Below are positions 29,834-39,600 of a stretch of 64,000 nucleotides of DNA, one piece after another (position 1 is the first letter of the stretch; the number at the start of each line of letters is the position of its first letter). Source of the DNA: an uncultured Bacteriovoracaceae bacterium (lineage in GTDB: Bacteria > Bdellovibrionota > Bacteriovoracia > Bacteriovoracales > Bacteriovoracaceae). The stretch covers positions 32,001 through 96,000 of the forward strand of contig CAXGUD010000011.1 of the NCBI GenBank assembly GCA_964012805.1. The letters run 5' to 3'. The notes beneath the pieces were generated by a model. That model made no database searches, was not told the origin of the DNA, and worked only from the letters and a program-made list of their open reading frames with translations. The position numbers and the translations under genes are program-made.

Positions 29834-32094
29834 AATTAACTATTCATAGAGAAGATGAAATTTATCGAGTTGTTGATTTTGGTAAAAATTTAGACTTGGA
29901 CCTAGGTTCAGAGTTTTCTTGTTTTTTAGGCAGATCTAATGATTGCTATGTACAATTAGATAGTCGACAGATTTCAAGAGAGCACTTAAAAATTACATTC
30001 AGAAGTGGGATATGGTTAGTTGAGGATGTTTCAAAAAGTTTACCACTAATTGTAAATGGAAACCAAGTTAGTCAGTTTAATCCAAAGAATGGAGACTCTG
30101 TTAAGTTAGGTGAGTTTACATTTTATCTAAACGTGGAATCTTTTGATGATAAATCACCAAATTCTATATCTAAAGTAAGCGAAAGGCTCGATGAAGAAAA
30201 TAAAAATGAATCAAAAGAAAATATAAAGCAAAGACCAGATACTGATGAAGATAATATCCAGGAACTAAATAGCCATGAAGAAGAATCTGGGGAAGGTGTT
30301 AAAGAAGATAATACCAACTTTGATGATGATAGTTCTGAATTTAGTGGAGATAATTTAGAAGATAATGAGCAACAACCGAATGAAGAATATGATGAATATC
30401 AATCTAATGAAGATTCAGGTAGTGATTATAGTGACGGAAGCTTGGAGGATAGTAATCAATTTCAAGAAGAAGATGATACTTATAATGAAATGGATGAGTT
30501 TTCTAATGATGATTCTTCAGAAAAGACAGACCCATTTGGAAGTTTTTTAAAATTCGAGTTGATGTTGCAGGGAGATTTCGCACCTTTTGAAAAATTCTCT
30601 TTAGGTGATGGAGAGTTTTATATAGGTAGAAATAAGGAAAAATGCCAAATAGTTTTAGATGATAAAAAAGTTAGCAATGTTCATGCTTTAATCAAAAAAT
30701 CCAATGTAAAAGTAAAAATAGAAGATAATAAATCTGGGAATGGTACTTTACTTAATGGTCAGAGGATTAATTCTGCTGATTTGAAAGATGGAGATGTTTT
30801 CCAAATCGGCGATACTTTTTTTAAATTGAGTGCTCTTTCAGAATTGATAGCACAGGAAGAAGACAGATTAATGCCTGTTGAGCAAAATCAATTTATAGAA
30901 GTTGAAGAAGTAGTTGAAGTTGAAAGTACATTTGGTGATGAAGATGATGATGAAGATGATGATGCAGATGAAAGTGAGATAGAAAAAAGTGATGAAAAAA
31001 GTTTAATAAAAAAGATATTAAATGATCCTGAGAAAAGAAAAAAAGCAATCTTTGGAATTGTTGGCCTTTTAGCTTTAGTTTTACTTTTACCAACTGAGGA
31101 TACCAAAGATAGCAAGCGTAAAAAAGCAAGAACTCCAGCCTCAAAAATAAAAAAGAAAAAAGAAAAGGTTAAAAAAGATATTTACACAAAAGAGCAAAAA
31201 GAGTTTCTTGAAGGAAATTATTTGTTGTCTCAAACTTTATATGAACAGGGGAAGTATAGGGAAACTATTCGTGTTCTCGAGTCTGTTTTCCAAACAACGA
31301 AAGGAAAAGACTATAAGAATGCTAAACAAATTAGATCACTTGCTAAAAAAGGGTTAGCGGAATTAGAAGAAATTGAAAGAAAGAGAAAAATAGAGGAAGA
31401 AAAAAGAATTAGAATGAAAAAAGTATCTGATCTCGTTGAGAAAGCGAAAGAAGCTGTTAAAGAGAAGCAGGTTTCAGTTGCTGCAACAATATTTAATACA
31501 ATTTTAGAGTTGGATCCAGAAAATTATGATGTTCCACAGTTAAAAGCGGAAATCGATTCTTGGAGTGCTGAGATAAGGGCTAAAGAAGCAGAGGAATCAA
31601 GAAAAATGGCGGAAAGGTCAAATAAAGTATCAAAGCTTCAGCCAGGAAAGACTTTTTATTTAAAGGAAAATTGGTACAAGGCAATCAAAAAATTAGAAGA
31701 GTTTCTGAAAATAGATTATATGGATGAGGATTTGGTTCAGGAAGGCTCTAAAATGTTAGCAGAATCAAAAAAGAATCTTGATAATATTTTAAAACCTTTG
31801 TTAAGAAAAGCAGAAAGGATGAAAGAGGCTAGGGACTTGAAAACAGCCTATAAAATTTATAATAAAATTCTCGATCATGACCCTGAAAATGAAAAAGCTC
31901 TTAATGAGATGGGCAATATTAGAGACGATCTTTTTTATAGAGCAAGGAGAATATATAGAGACGCTTTGATTGATGAGAGTCTCAGTTTTTTTAAAGAAGC
32001 TAAAGAAAAATTTGAAGATGTAAAAGAGATGGCTCCAGTAGGTAGTCCTTACTTTAAAAAGGCAAATGAAAAATTAAAGAATTATATAGAGTGA
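29830..32094 (+). CDS. Double FHA - TM - TPR/coiled-coil protein
   Basis: FHA1 LGR...ISREH; FHA2 IGR...VSNVH...GNGTLLNG; long acidic linker; TM AIFGIVGLLALVLLLP; TPR motifs ILELDPEN, ILDHDPEN; GTGA overlap start. Confidence 0.82.
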   Translation: MKLTIHREDEIYRVVDFGKNLDLDLGSEFSCFLGRSNDCYVQLDSRQISREHLKITFRSGIWLVEDVSKSLPLIVNGNQVSQFNPKNGDSVKLGEFTFYLNVESFDDKSPNSISKVSERLDEENKNESKENIKQRPDTDEDNIQELNSHEEESGEGVKEDNTNFDDDSSEFSGDNLEDNEQQPNEEYDEYQSNEDSGSDYSDGSLEDSNQFQEEDDTYNEMDEFSNDDSSEKTDPFGSFLKFELMLQGDFAPFEKFSLGDGEFYIGRNKEKCQIVLDDKKVSNVHALIKKSNVKVKIEDNKSGNGTLLNGQRINSADLKDGDVFQIGDTFFKLSALSELIAQEEDRLMPVEQNQFIEVEEVVEVESTFGDEDDDEDDDADESEIEKSDEKSLIKKILNDPEKRKKAIFGIVGLLALVLLLPTEDTKDSKRKKARTPASKIKKKKEKVKKDIYTKEQKEFLEGNYLLSQTLYEQGKYRETIRVLESVFQTTKGKDYKNAKQIRSLAKKGLAELEEIERKRKIEEEKRIRMKKVSDLVEKAKEAVKEKQVSVAATIFNTILELDPENYDVPQLKAEIDSWSAEIRAKEAEESRKMAERSNKVSKLQPGKTFYLKENWYKAIKKLEEFLKIDYMDEDLVQEGSKMLAESKKNLDNILKPLLRKAERMKEARDLKTAYKIYNKILDHDPENEKALNEMGNIRDDLFYRARRIYRDALIDESLSFFKEAKEKFEDVKEMAPVGSPYFKKANEKLKNYIE

Positions 32095-32101
32095 GTATTA
32101 T

Positions 32102-32851
32102 ATGGATAGAGGTTTTTCTATAAAAAAATATGCCTATAGAACTGATAAAGGACCGGTATTAGACGTTAATGAAGATGATGTTGAAGTTGACTTAAAAAAT
32201 GAAATATTTATTGTCTTGGATGGTTTTGGTGGAAGTAATGCTGGCGTAAAGGCTATTAATACAATCAAAGAAACAATTTTTCAATTTTATACAAAAGTTG
32301 TAGATGATCCCGACTCAACCCTTCCCTTCTTTTATAACCCACAATTCTTGATCGAAGGGAATGCTTTAGTAAATGCTTTTCATAAAGCACATGAAGCTGT
32401 TGCTAACCAAAATAAAGAAAAAAGCCTTTCCGAAATGGGGGGTGCAAGTGTAATTGCAGCGGTTTTAAGTGGAAGGATTTTAACTATTGTGTCTATTGGG
32501 AATTGCTCAGGAGTGTTAATTCGTAATAATAATATTCAACTCATAAGCTATCCCGAAAGCTACGATTCTTTTAATGGTGAAATAAGTAGTAGATTTTTAA
32601 CTAACTTTACTTTAAATGGTTTAGGACTTTTTAAATTTCCTTCCCTTTCTGTAAAAGAGCTTTTTCTTGAAGAAGCTGATAACGTCATTTTCTTAAGCGA
32701 TGGAGCTTATAACCGTCTAAGTTTGTCTGAAATGAGAAACATTTTTTGTTATCCTAAATTAAATGATAAAGAAAAAATTAACAGAGTATTTAGCCTTGTT
32801 AATGGAAGAGGTAATCAAGATAATCAAACGTGCATGATTTTAGAATTTTAG
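32102..32851 (+). CDS. PP2C/PPM-family Ser/Thr phosphatase-like protein (degenerate active site)
   Basis: NEDD, LDGFGG, LSDGA, DNQT motifs present; IGNC in place of GDS. Confidence 0.8.
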   Translation: MDRGFSIKKYAYRTDKGPVLDVNEDDVEVDLKNEIFIVLDGFGGSNAGVKAINTIKETIFQFYTKVVDDPDSTLPFFYNPQFLIEGNALVNAFHKAHEAVANQNKEKSLSEMGGASVIAAVLSGRILTIVSIGNCSGVLIRNNNIQLISYPESYDSFNGEISSRFLTNFTLNGLGLFKFPSLSVKELFLEEADNVIFLSDGAYNRLSLSEMRNIFCYPKLNDKEKINRVFSLVNGRGNQDNQTCMILEF

Positions 32852-32932
32852 TTAACTATTTTATTCTCCCCAAATAAGAATTTAATTTGCTATTATTAAT
32901 AATAATTTATGTCTTAAAAGGCAGAGGAATAG

Positions 32933-34237
32933 ATGACTAAAAAGATTTTGGTAGCGGACGATAGCCCAACGATTCAAAAAGTTATTTCTATAACCTTATC
33001 AGAAGAACCATTTGAAATTGATGAGTGCCTAAATACAAATGACCTTTTTGAGTATATAGGTGAAGAAAAATACAGTTTGATTTTATTGGATATAAATTTA
33101 TCTGAAGATAAAACCGGGTATGATTTAACAAAAGAGGTATTGAAGAGGAGTCCAGATTCAAAAGTGATGTTATTGCTTGGAACTTTTGATACGATATCGG
33201 ATTCGCAATTTTCTGATTCTGGTGCTCATGAAAAAATGATTAAACCATTTGATTCAAAGAAGTTTGTTCAAAGTTGTAGGAGCCTTGTCGGTGAGCATGA
33301 TGAAGAAGAATACGACGATGAAGAATATGATGAAGATGAATATGATGAAGAGGAATATGATGAAGAGGAATATGATGAAGAAAAGATGGAAGGTGAAGAA
33401 GATGAATATGAGTATGAGGAAGATGATTACGAAGAAGTAGAAGAAAAAGAAACCGAAAATAATCATGAAAATTGGGTTGTTTCAGGTTCCGGCAAAAATA
33501 TTGAAAGTAAAAATGATGCGTCACTTGCTATTTCTAGAATGGAAGAAAATGCTCAGAAACTAAAATTAGAAAAAGAGCTGGATGATTGGGGTGGAGATCT
33601 TCCTTCAATTATAAGCGGTTCTGAATTGTCTTCCAAAGAAAGGATTCCACTACCTCCCCAGATAATTGATTCTAACTCATTAGGAACTTCTGATGTTTTT
33701 GAAATTAAAAAAAATGATGACTTGTTTCCGGAAGATGATGATTTAGATTACCCAGGTGAGATGGATAAAAATGAATTAGAGCCTATTGATGGAATAGACT
33801 CTTCGCAGAGATTTTTATCTGCTGATGAACTTATCAATACTGAAGAGGAAGAAGATGAAGATATGACTGATCCTTCATACAAGTTACCCGACAACCTTGG
33901 TAACGAACTTGAGAAAGAAGTTGATGCGGATATCTCCCCAGATGATTTTTGGGCAATAGATTCAGGAAATGGCACTAAAGCTATTGAAAATATAAAAACT
34001 TCTTCAAGTGACTCTTTAAAATCCAATATTGCAGATAGTGATGAATTGGATCCAAAACCTGTAGAAAGTGATTATCTTCATAATATATCAATTGAAAAGC
34101 TTAGACCTATTATTGAAGAAGTAGTTAAAAAATACTGTGAAAGTACCGTTACTAAGGTGGCTTGGGAAGTCATTCCTGATTTGGCCGAAAACTTAATAAG
34201 GAAGGAATTGAAAGAAATTTCTCAAAAAATAGAATAA
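32933..34237 (+). CDS. romR: RomR-like polarity response regulator (REC - acidic linker - conserved C-terminal helix)
   Basis: ILVADDSPTIQKVI, LLLGTFD, KPFDS and C-terminal KVAWEVIPDLAENLIRKEL match Myxococcus/Bdellovibrio RomR as I recall them. Confidence 0.82.
   Translation: MTKKILVADDSPTIQKVISITLSEEPFEIDECLNTNDLFEYIGEEKYSLILLDINLSEDKTGYDLTKEVLKRSPDSKVMLLLGTFDTISDSQFSDSGAHEKMIKPFDSKKFVQSCRSLVGEHDEEEYDDEEYDEDEYDEEEYDEEEYDEEKMEGEEDEYEYEEDDYEEVEEKETENNHENWVVSGSGKNIESKNDASLAISRMEENAQKLKLEKELDDWGGDLPSIISGSELSSKERIPLPPQIIDSNSLGTSDVFEIKKNDDLFPEDDDLDYPGEMDKNELEPIDGIDSSQRFLSADELINTEEEEDEDMTDPSYKLPDNLGNELEKEVDADISPDDFWAIDSGNGTKAIENIKTSSSDSLKSNIADSDELDPKPVESDYLHNISIEKLRPIIEEVVKKYCESTVTKVAWEVIPDLAENLIRKELKEISQKIE
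33293..33382 (+). repeat. 15-bp tandem coding repeat, 6 units (consensus GAATATGATGAAGAR = EYDEE)
   Basis: gagcatgatgaagaa gaatacgacgatgaa gaatatgatgaagat gaatatgatgaagag gaatatgatgaagag gaatatgatgaagaa. Confidence 0.9.
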
Positions 34238-34245
34238 GAATTAAT

Positions 34246-34992
34246 TTATGAAATTATATTAAGCGAACCTGACATGAATTTTTCTTGTCTTTTATTTTCA
34301 AGCTCAAGAATTGCTTCACCATTTGAACCAATTCCTTTGAATATTCCCTCTTTAAAGCTATTTTCTGAGTGAGAAATTTTAACAGGTTTATTCATGTGAA
34401 TACAGAGTTTTTCCCATGAGGCTAATCTATTTTCCTTTGAAGGATACCTTTCTAAAAAAAACTTATAAAAATCTAGAGGAAGGGTTTTTTTATCATTTTC
34501 GGATAACTCAATTTTGTCTGAAATAAAACCCGGCTTTGTTTTATATAAGTTGTTTGACTCAAAATTAATGGGCCCGTAATTTAAGCCAATGCCTGCGATG
34601 ATTATTTTAGGGTTAATATAATGACATAAGATGCCACCACATTTTTCACCATTAATAGTCAAGATGTCGTTGGGCCACTTTACCTTTAATTTTTTTCCTG
34701 TCTTTAAATTTAACCATTCTGCAAGATAGGCACTTAGCTCTAAAGGTAATGTAGGAAGGTTTTTTGTTGGGTCAGTTTTTATAGTAAAAGAAAAAGCCAA
34801 AGAGTTTTTGAAACTATCCCATTTGTTTCCATGCCTTCCAACTCCATTAGATTGATTTGAAGTTGAAATGAGTATGTTTTGTACGACTTCTTCTTTTTCA
34901 ATCGATGATTTTTGATCAAGTAGCTGGCTTTTAAGTAGGTTTTGTGTCGAATGGACCTTTTCGTAGTGAAGGTGAGAAATCTTTGTTGTCAT
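34246..34992 (-). CDS. birA: Biotin--protein ligase (class I, no HTH)
   Basis: STQ, QSNGVGRHGNKW, KVKWPNDI, KCGGIL, GIGLN. Confidence 0.9.
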   Translation of the reverse strand: MTTKISHLHYEKVHSTQNLLKSQLLDQKSSIEKEEVVQNILISTSNQSNGVGRHGNKWDSFKNSLAFSFTIKTDPTKNLPTLPLELSAYLAEWLNLKTGKKLKVKWPNDILTINGEKCGGILCHYINPKIIIAGIGLNYGPINFESNNLYKTKPGFISDKIELSENDKKTLPLDFYKFFLERYPSKENRLASWEKLCIHMNKPVKISHSENSFKEGIFKGIGSNGEAILELENKRQEKFMSGSLNIIS

Positions 34993-35070
34993 GACTTTTG
35001 AGGCCTATGGATTTTGTAGACTAATTATTGTAATAAAAAACCTAGCAAAAACTATAATACCGGAGATTGT

Positions 35071-35775
35071 ATGTCACTGATTGAGAGAGAGAACCCAAGA
35101 GAAATTAAGTTTACGCCAGGCATTAATCCTTATGCGGCTGGAAGTACATTGGTTGAGTTTGGAAATACAAAAGTACAGGTGACTGCTAGTATAGAAGAAA
35201 GTGTACCACCCTTTATGAGAGGACAAGAAAGGGGATGGATTACAGCTGAGTATTCTATGTTACCGAGCTCCACACATACAAGAAGTCGAAGAGAAAGAAG
35301 TAAAGTTTCAGGTAGAACTCAAGAAATCCAAAGGCTTATTGGAAGAAGCTTAAGGGCCGTTGTTGACTTGGAGAGCTTAGGAGAAAGATCGATAACTATT
35401 GATTGCGATGTTTTAATTGCAGATGGGGGTACGAGAACTGCTTCTATCTCAGGAGCTTATGTAGCTCTAGAGTTGGCTTGTAGGAAGCTAATCTCTGAAG
35501 GGGTGATTGAAAAAAACCCAGTTAAAAAGAGCCTAGCTGCCTTGAGTGTTGGAATTAATGGACAAGGCAAGGTTATTGCTGACTTAAACTATGAAGAGGA
35601 TTCAAGCTGTGAAACTGATATGAATATAGTTATGACGCATGATGGTGAGTTCGTTGAAATACAAGGAACTGCTGAAGGAGTACCTTTCTCTAAAGAGCAA
35701 TTGGGTGCTTTAGTCGATTGCGCTGAAAAAGCTTTAAAAAAGGTCTTTGAAGAACAAAAGAGGGCTTTACTGTAA
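35071..35775 (+). CDS. rph: Ribonuclease PH
   Basis: [53 protein letters not shown]. Confidence 0.97.
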   Translation: MSLIERENPREIKFTPGINPYAAGSTLVEFGNTKVQVTASIEESVPPFMRGQERGWITAEYSMLPSSTHTRSRRERSKVSGRTQEIQRLIGRSLRAVVDLESLGERSITIDCDVLIADGGTRTASISGAYVALELACRKLISEGVIEKNPVKKSLAALSVGINGQGKVIADLNYEEDSSCETDMNIVMTHDGEFVEIQGTAEGVPFSKEQLGALVDCAEKALKKVFEEQKRALL

Positions 35776-36404
35776 TGGAAATATTATTAGCTTCTGCAAA
35801 TCTTCATAAGTTTGAAGAGTTTAAAAAAATGTTGGGTCAGGTAGGTTCCACTTTCTCAATTTTAAAGGCCCAAGAATCGTTAGAGGTTGAAGAAAGTGGT
35901 GGAAGCTATACTGAAAATGCCTATTTAAAAGCAAAGGCATACTATGAGAAGTTTAATACTCCTACTATGAGTGATGATTCGGGCTTAGATGTTTTAAGTT
36001 TGCCAGATGAGTTGGGTATTTATTCAGCTAGATTTGGTGGGGAAGGCCTTTCCGATAGCGATAGGGTTAACCTTCTTCTTGATAAGCTTCAAGGTCAAGG
36101 GTTTGAAGACAGGCAGGCGGCTTTTACTTGTGTTTTGTGCTTTTACCTAAGTCCAAAAGAGGTGTTTTTCTTTGAAGGAAGGCTAACTGGATATATAGCA
36201 AATGCTGTAACGGGAAGTGGGGGGTTTGGTTATGACCCTGTTTTTATCCCTTTTGATCATGGAGAGCCCCTCGAAGAGAAGGAAATTGCAAAGTTATTTA
36301 CTTTAGCTGAAAATCCAAGTTGGAAGAAGGAAAACTCTCACCGAGCAAAAGCATGTCGCCATGCGATAGAATTCTTTAAGGAAAGAGTTTGCCAAAATGT
36401 ATGA
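35775..36404 (+). CDS. rdgB: dITP/XTP pyrophosphatase (HAM1 family)
   Basis: ENAYLKA, DDSGL, GIYSARF, GFGYDPVF, SHRAKA. Confidence 0.94.
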   Translation: MEILLASANLHKFEEFKKMLGQVGSTFSILKAQESLEVEESGGSYTENAYLKAKAYYEKFNTPTMSDDSGLDVLSLPDELGIYSARFGGEGLSDSDRVNLLLDKLQGQGFEDRQAAFTCVLCFYLSPKEVFFFEGRLTGYIANAVTGSGGFGYDPVFIPFDHGEPLEEKEIAKLFTLAENPSWKKENSHRAKACRHAIEFFKERVCQNV

Positions 36405-36446
36405 AATTAATTATACAGGTTTAGCTTTTACTTAAAGGCATTTAGT

Positions 36447-36523
36447 CGGAGCGTAGCGCAGCTTGGTAGCGCATCTGCTTTGGGAGCAGGGGGTCGGAGG
36501 TTCGAATCCTCTCGCTCCGACCA
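36447..36523 (+). tRNA. tRNA-Pro (anticodon TGG)
   Basis: CGGAGCG/CGCTCCG acceptor stem, anticodon arm TCTGC-TTTGGGA-GCAGG, GGTTCGAATCC T-arm, encoded CCA; 77 nt. Confidence 0.97.
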
Positions 36524-36659
36524 TTTCTCTACTTTTCCAAATATTCAGTAAATCTTTCTTAATTATTTTGAGAGGCAAAAATTTTGCCACAAAGTGTACG
36601 CTGTGGGAGACTTTCAGTTTATACTGCATATCCCTTATTTTTAAGCGAGGAAAAGTTAG

Positions 36660-39600
36660 GTGAAACTCAAAAGACTGGTGATTCAAGGATTTAAATCTTT
36701 TAAAGACAGAACGACAATACATTTTGATGAGGGGATAACAGGGATTGTAGGTCCTAATGGATGTGGAAAGTCGAATATTGTCGATGCACTTTTTTGGGTA
36801 ATGGGAGAACAATCAGCAAAGCACCTAAGAGGAAATAGCATGAAAGATGTTATTTTCGCTGGTTCATCTAAATATAATCCTGGCTCCTGGGCAGAGGTTT
36901 CTCTTGTTTTAGATAACGATACAAAGAAACACATTCACATCGGTCAAAAAGTTAGTAGTCCTTCAGAAATTCAGTTAACAAGAAAGCTATATAGAAATGG
37001 TGAGTCAGAATATAGAATAAATGACTTACCTAGCAGGTTAAAGGATATTCAAGAAGTTTTCATGGATACTGGCGCAGGTTCAAAATCCTACTCGATTATT
37101 GCTCAGGGTGAAATTAATCGGCTTGTTCAGGCAAAGCCTGAAGAAAGACGAATGATGATTGAAGAGGTGGCAGGGATTACGAAGTTTAAAATTAGAAAGA
37201 GAGAGTCACTCAGAAAAATTGATCAAACTCAAGCCAACATGTCCAGGCTAAGTGACTTAAAAAATGAAATTGAAAAAAACTTAAAGTCCTTAAAGTCTCA
37301 ATCTGAAAAGGCTGAGAAGGCTAGGAGCTTAAAAGAAAAAATTAAAAAAGGTGAGTTAATAACTAACTCTCATAAAGTGTTTGACCTTCTAAAAAAGTAT
37401 AAGGATGGGAAAAACTCAGTTTCCGAAAAGAAAATAGAAATTGCAGAAAAACTTAAAGAGAAAGATACTTTAGAAATTTTTCTCGAAGAAAAGAAACTAT
37501 TGAAGGAAGAGAATGTTGAAAAAGTTGAGCTTCTTCAGGATGAGTTTAATACTCATTCGAAAGAGCTTGCTTCAAACGAAAGTAAACTACAGGGCTTAAT
37601 TAAGTTAAAAGAAGAAAAGGAAAGCTTGGTAGAAAGGTTTGAAAGAGAAAAGAAATTATCTGAGGTTGAGTTAGAAAAAAGAATTCAGAAAAAAGAAGAA
37701 GTTCAGGAAAAATTAGAAGAGTTAGAAGTAATTGGAGAGCAAAATATTGATTTTGAAGAGGAAGAAGAAAAACTTTCTACTCTAATGGAAGGCCTTGAAG
37801 AAAAAGAAGAAGATTTAAGAATTCTTGAAGGTTCTTTGACAGAGGAGAATCAAAGGTTACTTACAGTTGATCAAGACCTGTTTAAAAATACCTCAAAAAT
37901 AGAAGAACTATCAAAAAACTTAGAAGATATAAATAAGGAAATTGAAGAGGTTGAAAAACGCTATTTAGGTTTTTCTAGTGAGGTAGTCGAAGAAAGAAGA
38001 GAAGTTCAAGACCGTAAGGGAGAGCTTCAGGTTTTAGAAAAACAAGAAGAAGACTCGATAAAAGAAATAGATGATATAGAGATAAAGTTTAAAGAGTCAA
38101 AGAAGGCTTTTGACGAAGCAAATAGTAGAGTTATTCAAGAAGAGACAATGTTAAAGTCATTGCGAGAATTGAGAGACTCGCTTGAGGGCGCGGAGTCTGG
38201 CACGAGTGACTTTTTAGGTGAAAATAAAGATCACTATCAACTTTTTGGAAATGTAATTGATTGTGAGGAAAAATACGAAAAAGGTGTTCAAGTACTTCTA
38301 AATGACTTCCTTGATGTTGTTATTTCCAAAGATGATAAATTTCAGGAGTTCTGTGATTGGCAAAAAGAGCACTCTGAAAAAACTCTGGATATTTTTGTCT
38401 CTAATCTCGACGACTTGAGCTCTGTTAGTGATGGATTTGAACCAGAAGTTTTAGAAAGACTTAACCTCGCTGGTTATGGCGACGCAAAAAAACTATTTGA
38501 TGTTATCTCTATTCCTGAAAACATGAAGACAAGGCTTAAAGAAACATTTTCAGGGTTTTACTTAGTTGATTCATTAAAACCAGATGACTTTTGTGACAGT
38601 TTAAAGACGCTAAATTTCAAAAGAATCGTCTCCGCTGATGGTAAGGTTCTTATTAAAAAGTTTCAGGGCGGGAAAATAATAAACTGTAACCTAAGTGATA
38701 CTTCAAGCCTTTTGGAGCAAAACAATAAAATAAAAAAGTTAGAGGAAGATTTAATTGTATCCAGGCAAACTTTTAAGGACACAGAAGAAATTCTTGCTAA
38801 GTTGGAGCAGGAGTTAAATGAAAAGAAGGAACTACAAAAGTCTGTCTCTGAAAAAAAGCAAAAGGTGAGAGAGGAGTACCGTGTTAAAAAATCGGGATTG
38901 GAGATTAAGTTAGAAAATCACAATTTTAACTCCTCTAGATTAAATGTCTTAAAAGAGCGGAAACAAGATTTTTCACAAGAAAAATTAGGTTATATTGAGG
39001 GCGAAGAGACCATAAGGATTGAAAAAGAGGAACTCGAGGAAAAGCTTGAAACTTTCAAAGTGAAATTTGAGGAACTTGAACAAGAAGTACAAGTTGAGAG
39101 AAAAAGTTACGAAGCTCAAAAAGAAGACTTTTTAAGAAAAAAGATTGAAATAGATTCTTTTGAAGAAAAATTAAAAGCATTTAAAGATCAGAGTATAGAT
39201 TTAAATGAGCAAATTGAGACACAAAAAGAGAGAATTCAGAGTTATGAAAGTTCCTTTGAAGAAAGCCAAAATACTATCGAATCGCTCGAAGAGGAGACGA
39301 AAACTCTAACCGTTGAGAATAAAGAAAAGGCTGAAGAGCTTTCTGATAAAGAAGAACTTTTAGGGAACTTTAAAGATGAGTTAGCCGATTTACTTCTTGA
39401 AATGGAAGAAAAAGGAAAACTTGTTAAAAATTTATCTTCAAGAATAAATAAGTTGGAAAAAGATGTTTTAGAATTTGAAACAAAAAGTGAGAGATTCCTT
39501 TTAGAGGAAGAAGAGATTGTTAAAAATATTTTTGAAAAATATAAAATAGACTTGAGAAAATCAGTTGGCAAATTTTTAAATTTTATCGATGAAGATTATG

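Noticed and set aside
33293..33382. Possible CRISPR-like array
   Set aside because: Contiguous 15-bp in-frame coding units with no spacers; no cas genes in the window.
33240..33524. His-rich, Met-rich and Phe/Ile-rich short ORFs
   Set aside because: Alternative-frame readings of the EYDEE repeat in romR.
36447..36660. tRNA-Pro as an integration site or island border
   Set aside because: No integrase and no duplicated tRNA 3' end seen; flanked by housekeeping rdgB and smc.
36432..36812. ORFs of 126 aa (-) and 66 aa (+) over the tRNA
   Set aside because: Typical translation artefacts of tRNA-Pro ([11 protein letters not shown]...) overlapping the smc start.
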